Below are positions 56,135 to 56,248 of a stretch of 56,248 nt of DNA, piece by piece (positions within the stretch are counted from its first letter, which is position 1; each line of letters opens with the position of its first letter). Source of the DNA: an uncultured Dehalococcoidaceae bacterium (GTDB lineage Bacteria > Chloroflexota > Dehalococcoidia > Dehalococcoidales > RBG-16-60-22). The DNA lies in NCBI GenBank assembly GCA_964342875.1, contig CAYFHI010000002.1, positions 1 through 56,248 on the forward strand, given 5' to 3'. The notes below the pieces were generated by a model. That model had not been told where the DNA came from. It searched no databases and was given only the letters and a program-made list of their open reading frames with translations. The position numbers were made by a program, and so were the translations under genes.

Positions 56135-56248
56135 CTACCCCTTCAAATTTTCTTCAAAGAACTCAAACACTTTCTGCCAAGCATCCATCGCCTGCTGCGG
56201 CCGGTAACGGTCCGTATGATAATACCAGAACCCATGCCCTGCACCATC
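56135..56248 (-). CDS. dienelactone hydrolase-family protein, C-terminal end only (N-terminus beyond window)
   Basis: Absent from the ORF track (edge). Reverse translation DGAGHGFWYYHTDRYRPQQAMDAWQKVFEFFEENLKG, then TAG at 56137-56135. The GxxHGF...AxxAW...FF pattern is typical of DLH C-termini. Confidence 0.65.
   Translation of the reverse strand, partial: DGAGHGFWYYHTDRYRPQQAMDAWQKVFEFFEENLKG

Noticed and set aside
1-56248. Looked for CRISPR arrays, IS elements or transposases, integrases, phage genes, toxin-antitoxin pairs, reverse transcriptases and large tandem repeats
   Set aside because: None recognised in any frame. The only mobile-DNA hint is the tRNA 3'-half relic at 52216-52258.

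Overview
Densely coding 56.2-kb chromosomal window from a moderately AT-rich bacterium. The gene content suggests an anaerobic Chloroflexota/Dehalococcoidia-like lineage: archaeal-type split glutamate synthase, an NrpR-type nitrogen repressor, Moco/XDH-family enzymes, and frequent TTG/GTG starts. That assignment is inference only. All family calls come from motif recognition by eye; no searches were run.

Content, left to right:
- MrfA/YprA-like helicase (cut by the window edge) and a DUF503 protein.
- A FAD-less two-subunit xanthine-dehydrogenase-family oxidoreductase with a MocA-like cytidylyltransferase.
- nth-like gene, pyrD, ybeY, tRNA-Ser(GCU), miaB, yajC, nadB-nadC, dtd, an FmdB zinc ribbon, a SWIM protein, pyrF, an MscS channel, ilvE.
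- lexA with an SOS box, purF, tlyA, mfd.
- proB, an unknown ORF, proA; then rph and cinA.
- A nitrogen block: CooF-like ferredoxin, hisH, an FNOR-like flavoprotein, the GltB amidotransferase domain, hisF, the GltB FMN domain, the GXGXG domain, glnA and nrpR.
- pepA, an MBL hydrolase, mobA-moeA-mobB-DUF362, acylphosphatase, a small basic ORF, rnc, an MFS transporter, a CMD-family protein and an HMGL-like aldolase.
- A tRNA-Met-like 3' relic, followed by AT-rich empty DNA and a GC-richer orphan second XDH-family large subunit.
- A dienelactone-hydrolase fragment at the right edge.

No CRISPR array, IS element, integrase, prophage or recognisable defence system was seen.

Most notable observations:
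1. hisH and hisF are embedded by overlapping codons inside the split GOGAT operon, next to glnA and nrpR.
2. A CooF/FNOR-like pair is a candidate electron-input module for that GOGAT.
3. A tRNA relic plus a compositional shift suggests a horizontally acquired segment at the right end.
4. The left 23 kb holds an unusual number of gene wrecks among intact housekeeping genes.
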